Shown here one piece after another: positions 17,556-26,559 of a DNA stretch of 64,000 bases (position 1 is the stretch's first letter; each line of letters begins with the position of its first letter). The stretch is from positions 27,793 through 91,792 of the IMG/VR virus record IMGVR_UViG_3300031965_000007. One strand, written 5' to 3'. The position numbers and the translations under genes were made by a program. A model generated the notes under the pieces. The model was given only the letters and a program-made list of their open reading frames with translations, was not told the origin of the DNA and made no database searches. The DNA is from a virus.

Positions 17556-17699
17556 ATGCCCGAGACCAAGAAAGGTCGCAAGATCAAGAAGGCAATGAAG
17601 GACAGGTATGGCAAGAAGAAAGGCGAACAGGTCTTCTACGCCTCTGCCAACAAAGGCACGATCGCTGGCGTGCACGAAAAGAAGACGAGGAAGAAGTGA
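17556..17699 (+). CDS. conserved small basic phage protein (MPETKKGRKIKKAMKDRYGKKKGEQVFYASANKGTI)
   Basis: not in ORF track; GAGGAG RBS; YGKKKGEQVFYAS.NKG motif typical of small basic proteins near head genes. Confidence 0.8.
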   Translation: MPETKKGRKIKKAMKDRYGKKKGEQVFYASANKGTIAGVHEKKTRKK

Positions 17700-17992
17700 C
17701 TTGGACTGTTCGCGGTCTTCGAGCCTCTTACGTCGTTTACATCGACGGCGAAGAGAAGATGTCGACCACTAGCCGATACGGCACTGCCCGACGTCCCGAA
17801 GGCGCAAAGAACCATCGCAAGAGTGCGGTCGGCGAAGCCTTGGTAGTGATGCGCGCGCATCCGACAGGGAAGTTGTGCCAGATCGTCAAACGCTACCCCG
17901 TGCAAGCTCACAAAGATCACGTTCTCTACACGTGGCGGAACGTTGACGGCGCATGGCGCCTGGCCCCCAAACACAAGGAGCTTGCAGCATGA
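17696..17992 (+). CDS. hypothetical protein
   Basis: GTGA/ATGA coupling; true start may be 17759. Confidence 0.55.
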   Translation: MTWTVRGLRASYVVYIDGEEKMSTTSRYGTARRPEGAKNHRKSAVGEALVVMRAHPTGKLCQIVKRYPVQAHKDHVLYTWRNVDGAWRLAPKHKELAA

Positions 17993-18366
17993 GGGAGTGG
18001 GTCGCGAAGCGTGTTGCGAGGTGGGCAGGCACGTCGGCAGAAGGCGGCTCGCTTCGCGCACCGACAGCCAACCTCGGCATACGCATTCAAGAGAAAGACG
18101 GATCCGAGGTTGTGCTGCTACCTCACGGCGACAGCTTCGACCTGATCAGTGGTAAGGCGGAGTATTACGTTGTACATATCTCGCCCAAGGCCATGATGAA
18201 GCTTGCTTGGTTCACCATTTGGACGTGGTGGATCAAGGGAACGTGGTTCGGCTTCAAGCTCGACGCGTGGAACTGGGCAATGTCAGTGGCGATTGAAGAG
18301 ACGATGTACAGGAGGCTTCGTGCCGACGAGCAAAGAAAAGCGGCGTCGCCTCGCCGTGTTCGCTGA
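17989..18366 (+). CDS. hypothetical Trp-rich protein
   Basis: AAGGAG RBS, ATG 17989. Confidence 0.65.
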   Translation: MREWVAKRVARWAGTSAEGGSLRAPTANLGIRIQEKDGSEVVLLPHGDSFDLISGKAEYYVVHISPKAMMKLAWFTIWTWWIKGTWFGFKLDAWNWAMSVAIEETMYRRLRADEQRKAASPRRVR

Positions 18367-18802
18367 TAAGGCAAACTACGTTGATCCACCAGAGCCTGTC
18401 ACGCTTGGCGACGTTCTCTACTCCCCTCCCAACCTGGATGACTCCAGGAAGATGTGCCAGAACTGCATCCATTGGCTGCGATCTGGCGCTCAGTGCGAGC
18501 TGATGCTTTCGGATGTCGTGGTGCCGCCAGATGCGATCTGCGGCTACCATGTGTTCGGAACACCTAGGCCGGTAGGACATAGCGAATACTACGCCAGGGA
18601 AGGCTTTCTTGCGATCGACCCAGCACTCTCTGGGTTTGAGCAAGTGAGCGGTGGCACGAGCTGTGATCGATGCAAGTTCTACAGCTCTGCACGCTCGGCC
18701 AACTTCGGTAAGTGCTCTGCGGTGATCGACGACGAAGGCGCTTCTGCCCTCGTCGCAGATAAGGGGTGCTGCGCAAGGTGGAGAGATCGCGATGGCGGCT
18801 AG
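18320..18802 (+). CDS. tandem HiPIP-like 4-Cys domain protein
   Basis: AGGAGG-GTG start; CQNC..W...C.L....V.P.A.CGYH and CDRC.FY...C.AV....V...GCC.RW. Confidence 0.65.
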   Translation: MPTSKEKRRRLAVFADKANYVDPPEPVTLGDVLYSPPNLDDSRKMCQNCIHWLRSGAQCELMLSDVVVPPDAICGYHVFGTPRPVGHSEYYAREGFLAIDPALSGFEQVSGGTSCDRCKFYSSARSANFGKCSAVIDDEGASALVADKGCCARWRDRDGG

Positions 18803-19718
18803 AAAGCGCTCTACACCTCAGACGAAGATGCAGAATGCGACGATCGCTCACCGACGCACAATGGATCGTGTGTTGGACAGGAGCGTGACGTCTGGTGTGA
18901 AGGCAGACTTCAACGACGAGATGGCTCGGCTTGAAAAGGATCTACGCCGTGCCTTGCGCAACCGCTCCACGATCAAGTCTACGCGCGGCGAAGTTGCAAA
19001 CGTCGCCCGCGTGGTCACTGCGCGCATGAAAGCCTTTGCCGACCACGCCGCTGCGCGCATGGTTGACACGACTGCGGAGACGCAAGCCGAGGCAGTTCGC
19101 TCTCTCGCCAAGTTCCTACACACCGTGCGCCCGAGCGGCACGAAGCTCGACGACGAATCGGCATATCGAGCGATCCTACGGAAGGACACGCGATCTCTGT
19201 CTGCGCAGAGGAGAGCGTCAGGTAAGGCGCTATCCAAGTCGATCGTGTCGCGCATGAAAGAGGTCCTTCACACAGAAAACCTCGAAGGCATTACCTCTCG
19301 TGATCTCGAGCGCCTTACCGTAGATACGGTTCAGCAGCAGTGGTGGCAGATCGATCGCACGATCAGGACAGAGAACAGCGTCTCATTCAATCAAGCCCAG
19401 TACAACGCCTTCCTCGAGCTTGGTGACGAAGCTCGAGGCATCTTCATGCGCTGGACCGAGATGGTGAACGACATCACAGGCCTTCCAATGGACACGCGCG
19501 TAGGCAACGATTCGTTGGTGCTGCACGGTCAGCTTGCGCCGCCTGGCGGTTCGTTTGTCATGCCGCCGCACCCTCTCGCGCCTAAAGCCATGGTCGGTAA
19601 GATCTGGTACGCTCCGCCTAACCGACCTAACGATCGAGCTGTACTCACGCCGTGGGCACCTGGTCAAGGTGTGGACGGTTGGCAGTGGCTGAACAGCCGC
19701 CGCATCAACATTGCATAG
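18792..19718 (+). CDS. minor head / head morphogenesis protein (Mu gpF / SPP1 gp7-like)
   Basis: IRTE...FN, D.RV..DS..LHGQ, PPNRPNDR (variant of PPxHPNCR). Confidence 0.8.
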   Translation: MAARKRSTPQTKMQNATIAHRRTMDRVLDRSVTSGVKADFNDEMARLEKDLRRALRNRSTIKSTRGEVANVARVVTARMKAFADHAAARMVDTTAETQAEAVRSLAKFLHTVRPSGTKLDDESAYRAILRKDTRSLSAQRRASGKALSKSIVSRMKEVLHTENLEGITSRDLERLTVDTVQQQWWQIDRTIRTENSVSFNQAQYNAFLELGDEARGIFMRWTEMVNDITGLPMDTRVGNDSLVLHGQLAPPGGSFVMPPHPLAPKAMVGKIWYAPPNRPNDRAVLTPWAPGQGVDGWQWLNSRRINIA

Positions 19719-19762
19719 CGAAGGCTGCTCCTGTAGCATCCTGCGCACCAAGGAGACGTGTC

Positions 19763-20365
19763 ATGCCTGTCGATCCGAAGAAGCTCAGCGCCTTTGCCGG
19801 CGGGAACACCGCCGAGAAGAAAAAGAAGAAGCCTCCTGCTCCGACTTCCCACGAAGAAGAGGACGAGGAAGACCTGGACGAGGATCTCGAGAAAGAGGAA
19901 GAGGAGCCTGAGCCAGGCATGGAAGACGAGATCGCGGAAGGGAACGTCCCTTCCGGCCCGACCAACCCAGGCGCAGTGATCCCTTTCTTCGAACAGTATG
20001 CCGACGAGATCGAAGCATGCTGCGACGAGTTGGACTACGACGTGCTCATCGACCCAGAACTCGACATGAGCGAAGAGGACGAAGTGATCATGCAGGAAGG
20101 CGCAGCGATGCTCCCTCCGCGCCTCGCAGGCAACCTCTGGCACCTGACTGACATCGACTACGACGCAGCTCTTGCGATCGGCAAGCATCTCGAAGAGGAG
20201 CGCATGTCGCAAGATGCCGAGAGAACAGCCGGCTGGATCTACAGAATCGGGCAGCTTCTCGCAGCCGATTCGGACGAAGAGATCCCTGCAGAGGACTTCG
20301 GAGAAGAGGCAGAAGACGCTGACTTTTCTGGTGAAGAGGACGACGCAGACATGGTCGGTGCGTGA
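19763..20365 (+). CDS. acidic hypothetical head-module protein
   Basis: AAGGAG RBS; very E/D-rich with a short poly-K patch. Confidence 0.75.
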   Translation: MPVDPKKLSAFAGGNTAEKKKKKPPAPTSHEEEDEEDLDEDLEKEEEEPEPGMEDEIAEGNVPSGPTNPGAVIPFFEQYADEIEACCDELDYDVLIDPELDMSEEDEVIMQEGAAMLPPRLAGNLWHLTDIDYDAALAIGKHLEEERMSQDAERTAGWIYRIGQLLAADSDEEIPAEDFGEEAEDADFSGEEDDADMVGA

Positions 20366-20482
20366 GATCCGTTGGAGCAGGTCTTGCCTACCTGTGGCAT
20401 CTAGCGTAACCTGAGGTCGTTTTGTACCTCGGACCGCGGCTCCCGGTTCTGGAGCTGATCAGCAAGAAGAGGAGAACAGCCC

Positions 20483-20725
20483 ATGTTTCACGAGCCCGTA
20501 CCGCCAGGCCAGCCACGCTCTCTGCGGTCCATTGCAGAGAAGCAGAACGCGTCGTCGAGCTTCGAAGGCGAAATGCCGTACGACGCACAGGCTGGTGCTC
20601 CTCCAGGTACGCCTGGTGCGAGCGGCACCTACAAGGAAATGGAGCGCAGGTCGATGTCAGCCGAGCGTTCCGACATTCCCACGCCATTCGTCGTCACGTT
20701 CCACAAGCGCGGCGGCCGTAAGTGA
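20483..20725 (+). CDS. small hypothetical protein
   Basis: GAGGAG RBS. Confidence 0.7.
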   Translation: MFHEPVPPGQPRSLRSIAEKQNASSSFEGEMPYDAQAGAPPGTPGASGTYKEMERRSMSAERSDIPTPFVVTFHKRGGRK

Positions 20726-20895
20726 TCAAGCACAACGCCATCGGGCAGGATTGTGCGATCCAGGACCCGCGTCGCGCTTACGAGAACGCTGAAGGCAGGT
20801 ACGCAGACTGCTGCCAACGTTTGAGCGATCAGCAACGCTACCCAAACGCCGAGCCTGCGACCCCTGATCCAACTCCGTTCAGCACGAGGCGTTGA
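20722..20895 (+). CDS. small hypothetical protein (57 aa)
   Basis: not in ORF track; GTGA overlap upstream, TGATG overlap downstream; PTPF end motif shared with previous ORF. Confidence 0.6.
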   Translation: MIKHNAIGQDCAIQDPRRAYENAEGRYADCCQRLSDQQRYPNAEPATPDPTPFSTRR

Positions 20896-21278
20896 TGGCA
20901 CACACCTTCCGAGTGCACGGCGAGATGACGGCGAAGCCCTCGAGCGGATCGCCGTCGGGTTGCGTCAGCTTCTCTGCACCCATCGACGAGTCGATCAGCC
21001 TCTCGAAGGAGCCGGCAACCGCGGAGTACGATCTGACTGCGGACGCGCCACAGGCAGTTGCTTTCGGCGCTCTCTCGCAAGCCAATGTGATCATGATCAA
21101 GACCGTTGGTGGCAAGGTGGCGGCAACGCTGACCAGCGCTGACGGCGCAGCGCAAGTGATTCCTGTCGATTCCTTCGCTCTGATCATGAGCACAACTGTG
21201 CCGTACACAGCACTCTCGATCACGAGAGCAGCTGGCGTTGCAACCACCGTCAAGATCCTACTTGGCGAGAGAACCTGA
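20895..21278 (+). CDS. probable virion structural protein
   Basis: beta-rich, A/T/S-rich, in head module. Confidence 0.65.
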   Translation: MAHTFRVHGEMTAKPSSGSPSGCVSFSAPIDESISLSKEPATAEYDLTADAPQAVAFGALSQANVIMIKTVGGKVAATLTSADGAAQVIPVDSFALIMSTTVPYTALSITRAAGVATTVKILLGERT

Positions 21279-21293
21279 TCAGGAGCCTGTACA

Positions 21294-21773
21294 ATGACGA
21301 CGACTTCCGTAAAGACGCTTCGACTCTCCATGAACCGTGCTAGCCCGAACGAGGTAGCGGACATCCTCCGCCGCATCAAGTTCGGTAACATGCTCGAGCC
21401 GATCAAGGTGACCTTTGCGTCCCTTACCGCAGCAGCTGCGATCGACATCACCACCGCTGCTTCCAAGGCAGGAGCTACGATCGTAGGAGGTCTCACTCTC
21501 GCAACATCTGAGCTTCTGCCTGCCATCGGACAGGTCGTTGGGCTGCGCGTTTCGGCGTCCGGTACCGCAGGATCGCTTGGCGCGTACATCGTGTCAGATT
21601 CTGGCGCCACTCCGATCGTGCCGCCAGGCGGCGCCGGTGCTGCGGTAGGCATCGCAACGCTGTCTGACGATGGCAAGACTCTCACCTTCCCGAACACGGT
21701 CACCGGGTTCGTGCTCACCTACCTGCCTCGAGCCGCTGTCGACATGGACAGCGACTTCGCACCCAACGTCTGA
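21294..21773 (+). CDS. probable head decoration/structural protein
   Basis: AGGAG RBS; A/G/T-rich; upstream of scaffold. Confidence 0.65.
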   Translation: MTTTSVKTLRLSMNRASPNEVADILRRIKFGNMLEPIKVTFASLTAAAAIDITTAASKAGATIVGGLTLATSELLPAIGQVVGLRVSASGTAGSLGAYIVSDSGATPIVPPGGAGAAVGIATLSDDGKTLTFPNTVTGFVLTYLPRAAVDMDSDFAPNV

Positions 21774-21947
21774 CACGATTCACTGGGAATGAGCCCAGTG
21801 ATCATTTGAGAGAAACCTCCAACCAAACCATTCTGTAACACGTCCATTCAGGCTCGACGGTGATCCCGTCGTCCATAAACGCGAGTGACGACGGCGGTGA
21901 ACAGTCGGAATCTGGGACGGGTCACGGGCAAGAAGGAAGAGATACAG

Positions 21948-22883
21948 ATGGCTGATAAGATCGCTACCGCACCAACACCGAGCCCTGCAGCACCGGCGTC
22001 AGCCGTACCTGCAGCGCCAATACCTGCAACACCACCTCCGACTGCAGAAGCAGCAACCACGACGCCAGCAGCAGCTGTGCCGACTGACTCTGCTGTACCT
22101 GCTGATCCTGCGACACCAGCGCCCGTCGTGCCCGAAGAGAGCAAGCCCAAGGTTCTCACGATCCCGACGAACGCGATGAAGCAGATCAAGCAAGAGGAGC
22201 GTGATCGAGGACGCGCTGAGACTCTCGCAGAGTTGGACGCCCAGGCCGTAAGCTACGGCTTTGCCAACCACGCAGAGATGGTCGCGTTCGCGCAGTCCAA
22301 AAAGAGCGATCCCGAACAGCCTGCAACGACAACGGATCAACCTGCCGCAGATCCAGCAGATCCTGCGCAGATGTCTGAGAAAGAAACGCAGGCTCTCATC
22401 GCGCTCCGACAGGAGAAAGACAAGCTCCTCGAAGAGAAGCGCAAGCTCAACCGAGCGCGCGCACGCGAAGAGAAGCGGAACCGTCAGCTCAGTCGCGATC
22501 TCCAGAACATGGAGGCAACGATGGAGCTGAAGCTCGCTGCCAAGGACGCAGGTGTGGAGGATGTCGACTATGCTGTCGAGGTCTTCCGCAGGGCGATCAA
22601 AGGCATGTCGGATGACGAGCTGAAGACCGTGGACGAGTCCAAGTTCTTTCGCGAGTCCCTCCGACAGTCGCATCCGCACTTGTTCAAGGCAGAGGAGAGG
22701 CCTGTCAACACTGGCACGCCCAACACCTCCACTGCCAAGCCAGGTGCAGCAACGGCTGACCGTTCCTCGAACAACGAGGAGAGCGGCAGCGTGGATGCTC
22801 GGAAGCTTCCGGCAGACGAGTTTCAGAAGCTCCTTCGGAAGCGAGGCCTGTCCAACCCGTCTACGGGTGGCATGCTAGCGTAG
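21948..22883 (+). CDS. capsid scaffolding protein
   Basis: P/A-rich N-terminus, coiled coil, HPHLF motif; directly upstream of MCP. Confidence 0.8.
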   Translation: MADKIATAPTPSPAAPASAVPAAPIPATPPPTAEAATTTPAAAVPTDSAVPADPATPAPVVPEESKPKVLTIPTNAMKQIKQEERDRGRAETLAELDAQAVSYGFANHAEMVAFAQSKKSDPEQPATTTDQPAADPADPAQMSEKETQALIALRQEKDKLLEEKRKLNRARAREEKRNRQLSRDLQNMEATMELKLAAKDAGVEDVDYAVEVFRRAIKGMSDDELKTVDESKFFRESLRQSHPHLFKAEERPVNTGTPNTSTAKPGAATADRSSNNEESGSVDARKLPADEFQKLLRKRGLSNPSTGGMLA

Positions 22884-22964
22884 AGATCCTTGAAGCTGGC
22901 GGTTTGGGTCTGTACAGTCAACAACTGACCTGGCGCTGTCTGGCGCCGCCGACAGAGGAAAGCC

Positions 22965-24368
22965 ATGCCCGACTTTTCAGTAATCCTTCAGAGTCCCGAA
23001 GTCCGACAGATCGTCCAGGAGAACATCCTGGAGCGCGCCTTCCACGACGCGCTCTTTCCTCGGCTCATGTTCCGAGCAGAGGCGTCCCCGGTCCCGTGGC
23101 CGGCAGGCATCGGTGACACCCAGATCTTCAGCGCGCCCGGTCTCATCCCTGTGGATGCCCGTCCGCTGACGCCTGGCACCGATCCTGACCCGGTGACGTA
23201 CCCGATGGAACAGTGGACCGCCCAGCTCCAGCAGTACGCTGGTACGGTCGACACGCACATGCCGACCAGCATGCTGGCGATCATCAACCTGTTCCTGCGC
23301 AACGCACACCAGCTCGGCATGCAAGCGGCGCAGACGCTCAACCGTGTCGTGCGCAACCGGATGTACGCCGCTGCCCTTTCTGGGTGGACGGTGGCAGACG
23401 GTGCACAAAGCGCAGTGACTGTGCTCCGCGTCAAGCGCCTCAACGGGCTAACGCGTGCGCGCAACCCGTCGATCACAGGCGCTTCTCTCGTGCGCTTCGA
23501 TGCAGTCTCCTCGTCGAACCCGCTCTCAGTGACCATTCGCGACACGGCGCCGTCCGACGTGACGCGCAACGTGATCGGATTCACCCCAGATGTGCCTGGT
23601 GACGAGTTCGGTCCTGGCACGATCACGCTCGACGTGGCTGTCACGGTGGACGATCGCGCTTTCGTTTACTCAGAGGATGCAACTCAGATCATCCGAGTAG
23701 GCGGCGGCAACAAGGTCGACGACGTTGGCTCCGCTGATCTTCCCACGCTCTCCGACATCCGGTCAGCGGTCAGCGGTTTCTGGCAACAGAACGTACCGGA
23801 GCATCCGGACGGCCGCTTCCATTGCCAGCTCGACCCTGTCTCGCAGGGGAAGGTCTTCGCAGATTCGGAGTTCCAGCGCCTGCTCACGGCGTTGCCGGAT
23901 CACTACATGTACCGCCAGTTCGCGCTCGGCGAGCTGCTCAACACGGTCTTCTACCGCAACTCGGAATGCCCAGTTGCTGAGACGGTCGTCGGCGGGCTCA
24001 CGGCGCAGTACGATCAGCGCGACCCCTTCGTAGGGGAGCTGTACAACACCGGCGTGGCCACTGGCACCAAGATCCACCGCATGCTCTTCACGGCGCAAGG
24101 CGGCATTATGGAGTATTACTCCGACCTACAGGCGCTGATCACGGAAGCTGGCATCACCGGTTCTGTGGCAGATCCTCGCATCGTGAACAACGGAATCGAG
24201 ATCTTCTCGGAGCGTATCCAGATGCTCATCCGAGCGCCGTTGAACCGCTTGCAGGATCAGGTCGCAACGAGCTGGAAGTTCATCGGCGACTGGCCTGTGC
24301 GTACGGATGCTGCGGTTGGCAGCCGAGCACGGTTCAAGAGGTTCATCACGATCGAACACGGCGAGTGA
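22965..24368 (+). CDS. major capsid protein
   Basis: 467 aa after scaffold; PLTPG..P....EQW...LQQY (N4-gp56-like), insertion domain, PLNRLQD.V..SWKF. Confidence 0.88.
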   Translation: MPDFSVILQSPEVRQIVQENILERAFHDALFPRLMFRAEASPVPWPAGIGDTQIFSAPGLIPVDARPLTPGTDPDPVTYPMEQWTAQLQQYAGTVDTHMPTSMLAIINLFLRNAHQLGMQAAQTLNRVVRNRMYAAALSGWTVADGAQSAVTVLRVKRLNGLTRARNPSITGASLVRFDAVSSSNPLSVTIRDTAPSDVTRNVIGFTPDVPGDEFGPGTITLDVAVTVDDRAFVYSEDATQIIRVGGGNKVDDVGSADLPTLSDIRSAVSGFWQQNVPEHPDGRFHCQLDPVSQGKVFADSEFQRLLTALPDHYMYRQFALGELLNTVFYRNSECPVAETVVGGLTAQYDQRDPFVGELYNTGVATGTKIHRMLFTAQGGIMEYYSDLQALITEAGITGSVADPRIVNNGIEIFSERIQMLIRAPLNRLQDQVATSWKFIGDWPVRTDAAVGSRARFKRFITIEHGE

Positions 24369-24620
24369 TCCGTCCTTAGGGACGGGCAACGCCCGTGCAA
24401 GCTCATACATGTTGATGGCTGCGGGCACTTTCTTGGGTCTTGGTGTCCGCAGCCTTTGACGCGTTTTGATCCTTGCATCGGGCTTGGGCAGCAGGCGCGT
24501 CGGAACGTGTAGAGCAACAGGACCAAGGCTCGCCACCTTGTAAATCCAGGCGATAAAAGCCCTCGCGTTCTACAATGGTTCGGCGCCCTGCGTGCCCTAC
24601 CCCATCCGAAGGAGATCACA
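24369..24620 (+). ncRNA. candidate structured RNA / attenuator downstream of MCP
   Basis: several stems, including GGCTGCGGGCAC (24417-24428) / GTGTCCGCAGCC (24443-24454). Confidence 0.4.
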
Positions 24621-24622
24621 TC

Positions 24623-24997
24623 ATGGCAAAAGGCGGCAAAGGAACAATGAACGATCTGGTGGGACCTGCCACGAAAGGCAGCACACCGTCACCGATCGAC
24701 CCAATCGAGGCAGCGAAGATCTCGTCTGACGGTCGAGCAAGCTCACCGCCAACAGCATCAGCGCCTGCGGCCTCTGGGTCAGCGCTCGAGCCGTCCGTCC
24801 CACCTCCTGTCGCGTCGACGAGTGCAGGCAAGGTGTACGAAGTGAAGAACACCACAAAGATCACAGTCTCGTGGAAGGGTCAGCAGTGTCGCTTCTCGCC
24901 TGGGGACACTGTGAGCGAGGACTCCTACGGCGATGGCGCGGTCGAGCGCTTCCGCGAGGGTGGCTTGCTGCTCGAGGAACGCCCGACGAAGTCGTAA
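24623..24997 (+). CDS. hypothetical head-associated protein
   Basis: AAGGAG RBS; low-complexity N-terminus plus small beta domain. Confidence 0.7.
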   Translation: MAKGGKGTMNDLVGPATKGSTPSPIDPIEAAKISSDGRASSPPTASAPAASGSALEPSVPPPVASTSAGKVYEVKNTTKITVSWKGQQCRFSPGDTVSEDSYGDGAVERFREGGLLLEERPTKS

Positions 24998-25029
24998 GAT
25001 GGTAGCGTGCGCTCAGGAGGGCGCTCTCT

Positions 25030-25437
25030 ATGGCTCTACTGAACAACGCAGAGAAATCGCGCGTACGCTACCATCTTGGGTACCTAGCCTCTGGCTTTGC
25101 TGCTTCGCTCCAGTACGGGTTGCCTCGTCCGCAGCAGACGGTGTTCATGCTGGAAACGGCTATGAACCAGCTGGTCGAGGACGGCGCTCTTGACCGCGTG
25201 CGCAGCATGCTAGCGATCCTGGACGCCATTGAGAAGAAGATGGTGTGCGCGATCGACCAGCTCGTTGTGAAGCAGCTCGGCAACATCACGATGCGAGACG
25301 ATCACCAAGACCTCCTCGAGAAGGAGTATCAGCGGTGGGCGTCTCGACTCGCCGACATCTTCGGCGTTCCCAAGTACGCGTTCTCGGATCGCTCGCGGCG
25401 TCGAGGCCCTGGAAGCAACGTGCCTGTAACGGGGTGA
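25030..25437 (+). CDS. head-tail adaptor/connector
   Basis: L...EK.RVRYHLGY start motif; position after MCP. Confidence 0.7.
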   Translation: MALLNNAEKSRVRYHLGYLASGFAASLQYGLPRPQQTVFMLETAMNQLVEDGALDRVRSMLAILDAIEKKMVCAIDQLVVKQLGNITMRDDHQDLLEKEYQRWASRLADIFGVPKYAFSDRSRRRGPGSNVPVTG

Positions 25438-25441
25438 TCAA

Positions 25442-26002
25442 ATGGGTTGCTGTGCATCATGCGGTCAGTCGGTCTGTTACTGCGCAACCGAGCTTGAAGG
25501 CACGGCGATCGATTGCACCCTCGTCGCGAGTCTGACCAACACGGTCGACTGCATCCGCGACATCGCTACCACGCTCGGCGCTCGACCCTACCAAGTGCTC
25601 CTTGTCTGGACGCGATGGTCAGGTGGCGCGCGCTCTCAGGGCATCGAAGAAGTGATTCGAGAGGAATCGATCCTCCCCACGCCACTCGTCGCTGACATCA
25701 GCTCGGTTGCGCTGAGCATGCAGTCCATCGGCATTGCCGAGGAAGGCGACGTGCGAATCACAGAGATCAGCCCTCGGTTCAACGAAGATTATTTGTCAGG
25801 GCGCGGCGAAGACGGTTCAGCCATTCCGCCTGATCAGAGCTTCTACTGGGAAGTTCGACGACGCACGTCAGACGGGCTGAGCATGCGACGGCGATTCCGC
25901 TTGTCAGGTGCGCCGATGCACGAAGCCACCAAGTTCCAGTGGAAGGTGACACTGAAGAAGATCGCCGAGGACCGTATGCGTAGCAGCGACGTGAGGGGCT
26001 GA
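25442..26002 (+). CDS. head closure/stopper-like protein
   Basis: position; beta-barrel-like pattern ending W.V.L.K; Cys-rich N-terminus. Confidence 0.6.
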   Translation: MGCCASCGQSVCYCATELEGTAIDCTLVASLTNTVDCIRDIATTLGARPYQVLLVWTRWSGGARSQGIEEVIREESILPTPLVADISSVALSMQSIGIAEEGDVRITEISPRFNEDYLSGRGEDGSAIPPDQSFYWEVRRRTSDGLSMRRRFRLSGAPMHEATKFQWKVTLKKIAEDRMRSSDVRG

Positions 26003-26559
26003 TGGCAAAGGTGAAGGTCGTTGACGGACGAGTTGTGATGCCGCCATTGACGCGGACCGTCCGTATTCCGATCGAGAACTTTGCTGCTTACGAAGCCGAG
26101 CTTGGACGAGAGATCCGACAGCAGGTCTTCGGAAAGTCGATGCCGCAAGCCGGTAAGGCTGTGCGACTCCTTCTGGAGAAGGTCACGATTGATCGCGAGA
26201 TCTTCTTTCGCAAGCGCTTTGCTCGATCGTGGCGCGCAGTCATCGGCGCACAACCCTCGAGCGTGCGCGTCTTCAACAAGCAGCCCTACGCCTCTGTGAT
26301 AGAGTTCGGCCGGCGTAAGGGTGCGAAAGCGCCCCCAGTTGCAGCTCTGCTTCCGTGGGTGATCGGTAAGCTGGGGATACCGAGGGAGAATGCGCGTTCG
26401 GTGGCATTCCTCATCGCACGCAAGATCTCAGAGAGGGGCATTCCTGCCAGGCCCATTCTGCGCGATCCGGATGTGCAAGCAGAGATTCAGCGAGTCGTGA
26501 CAGACGCAGTGAACGTGAAGCTGATCAAGGCTATAAACAAGACGAAGGTGCGCCGATGA
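26002..26559 (+). CDS. neck / tail completion protein (HK97 gp10-like)
   Basis: N..PYASVIEFGRR...PP...L..W...IARKI..RG..ARP. Confidence 0.75.
   Translation: MAKVKVVDGRVVMPPLTRTVRIPIENFAAYEAELGREIRQQVFGKSMPQAGKAVRLLLEKVTIDREIFFRKRFARSWRAVIGAQPSSVRVFNKQPYASVIEFGRRKGAKAPPVAALLPWVIGKLGIPRENARSVAFLIARKISERGIPARPILRDPDVQAEIQRVVTDAVNVKLIKAINKTKVRR

Noticed and set aside
1071-17992. PTGKL motif shared by ORFs 1071-1220 and 17696-17992
   Set aside because: Five-residue match only; could be chance
11840-25012. Shared late-promoter motif TGGTA(C/G) upstream of portal (~11840) and adaptor (~25000), also on the minus strand near 58835
   Set aside because: Too short and degenerate to support without motif statistics; consistent with an ordinary extended -10
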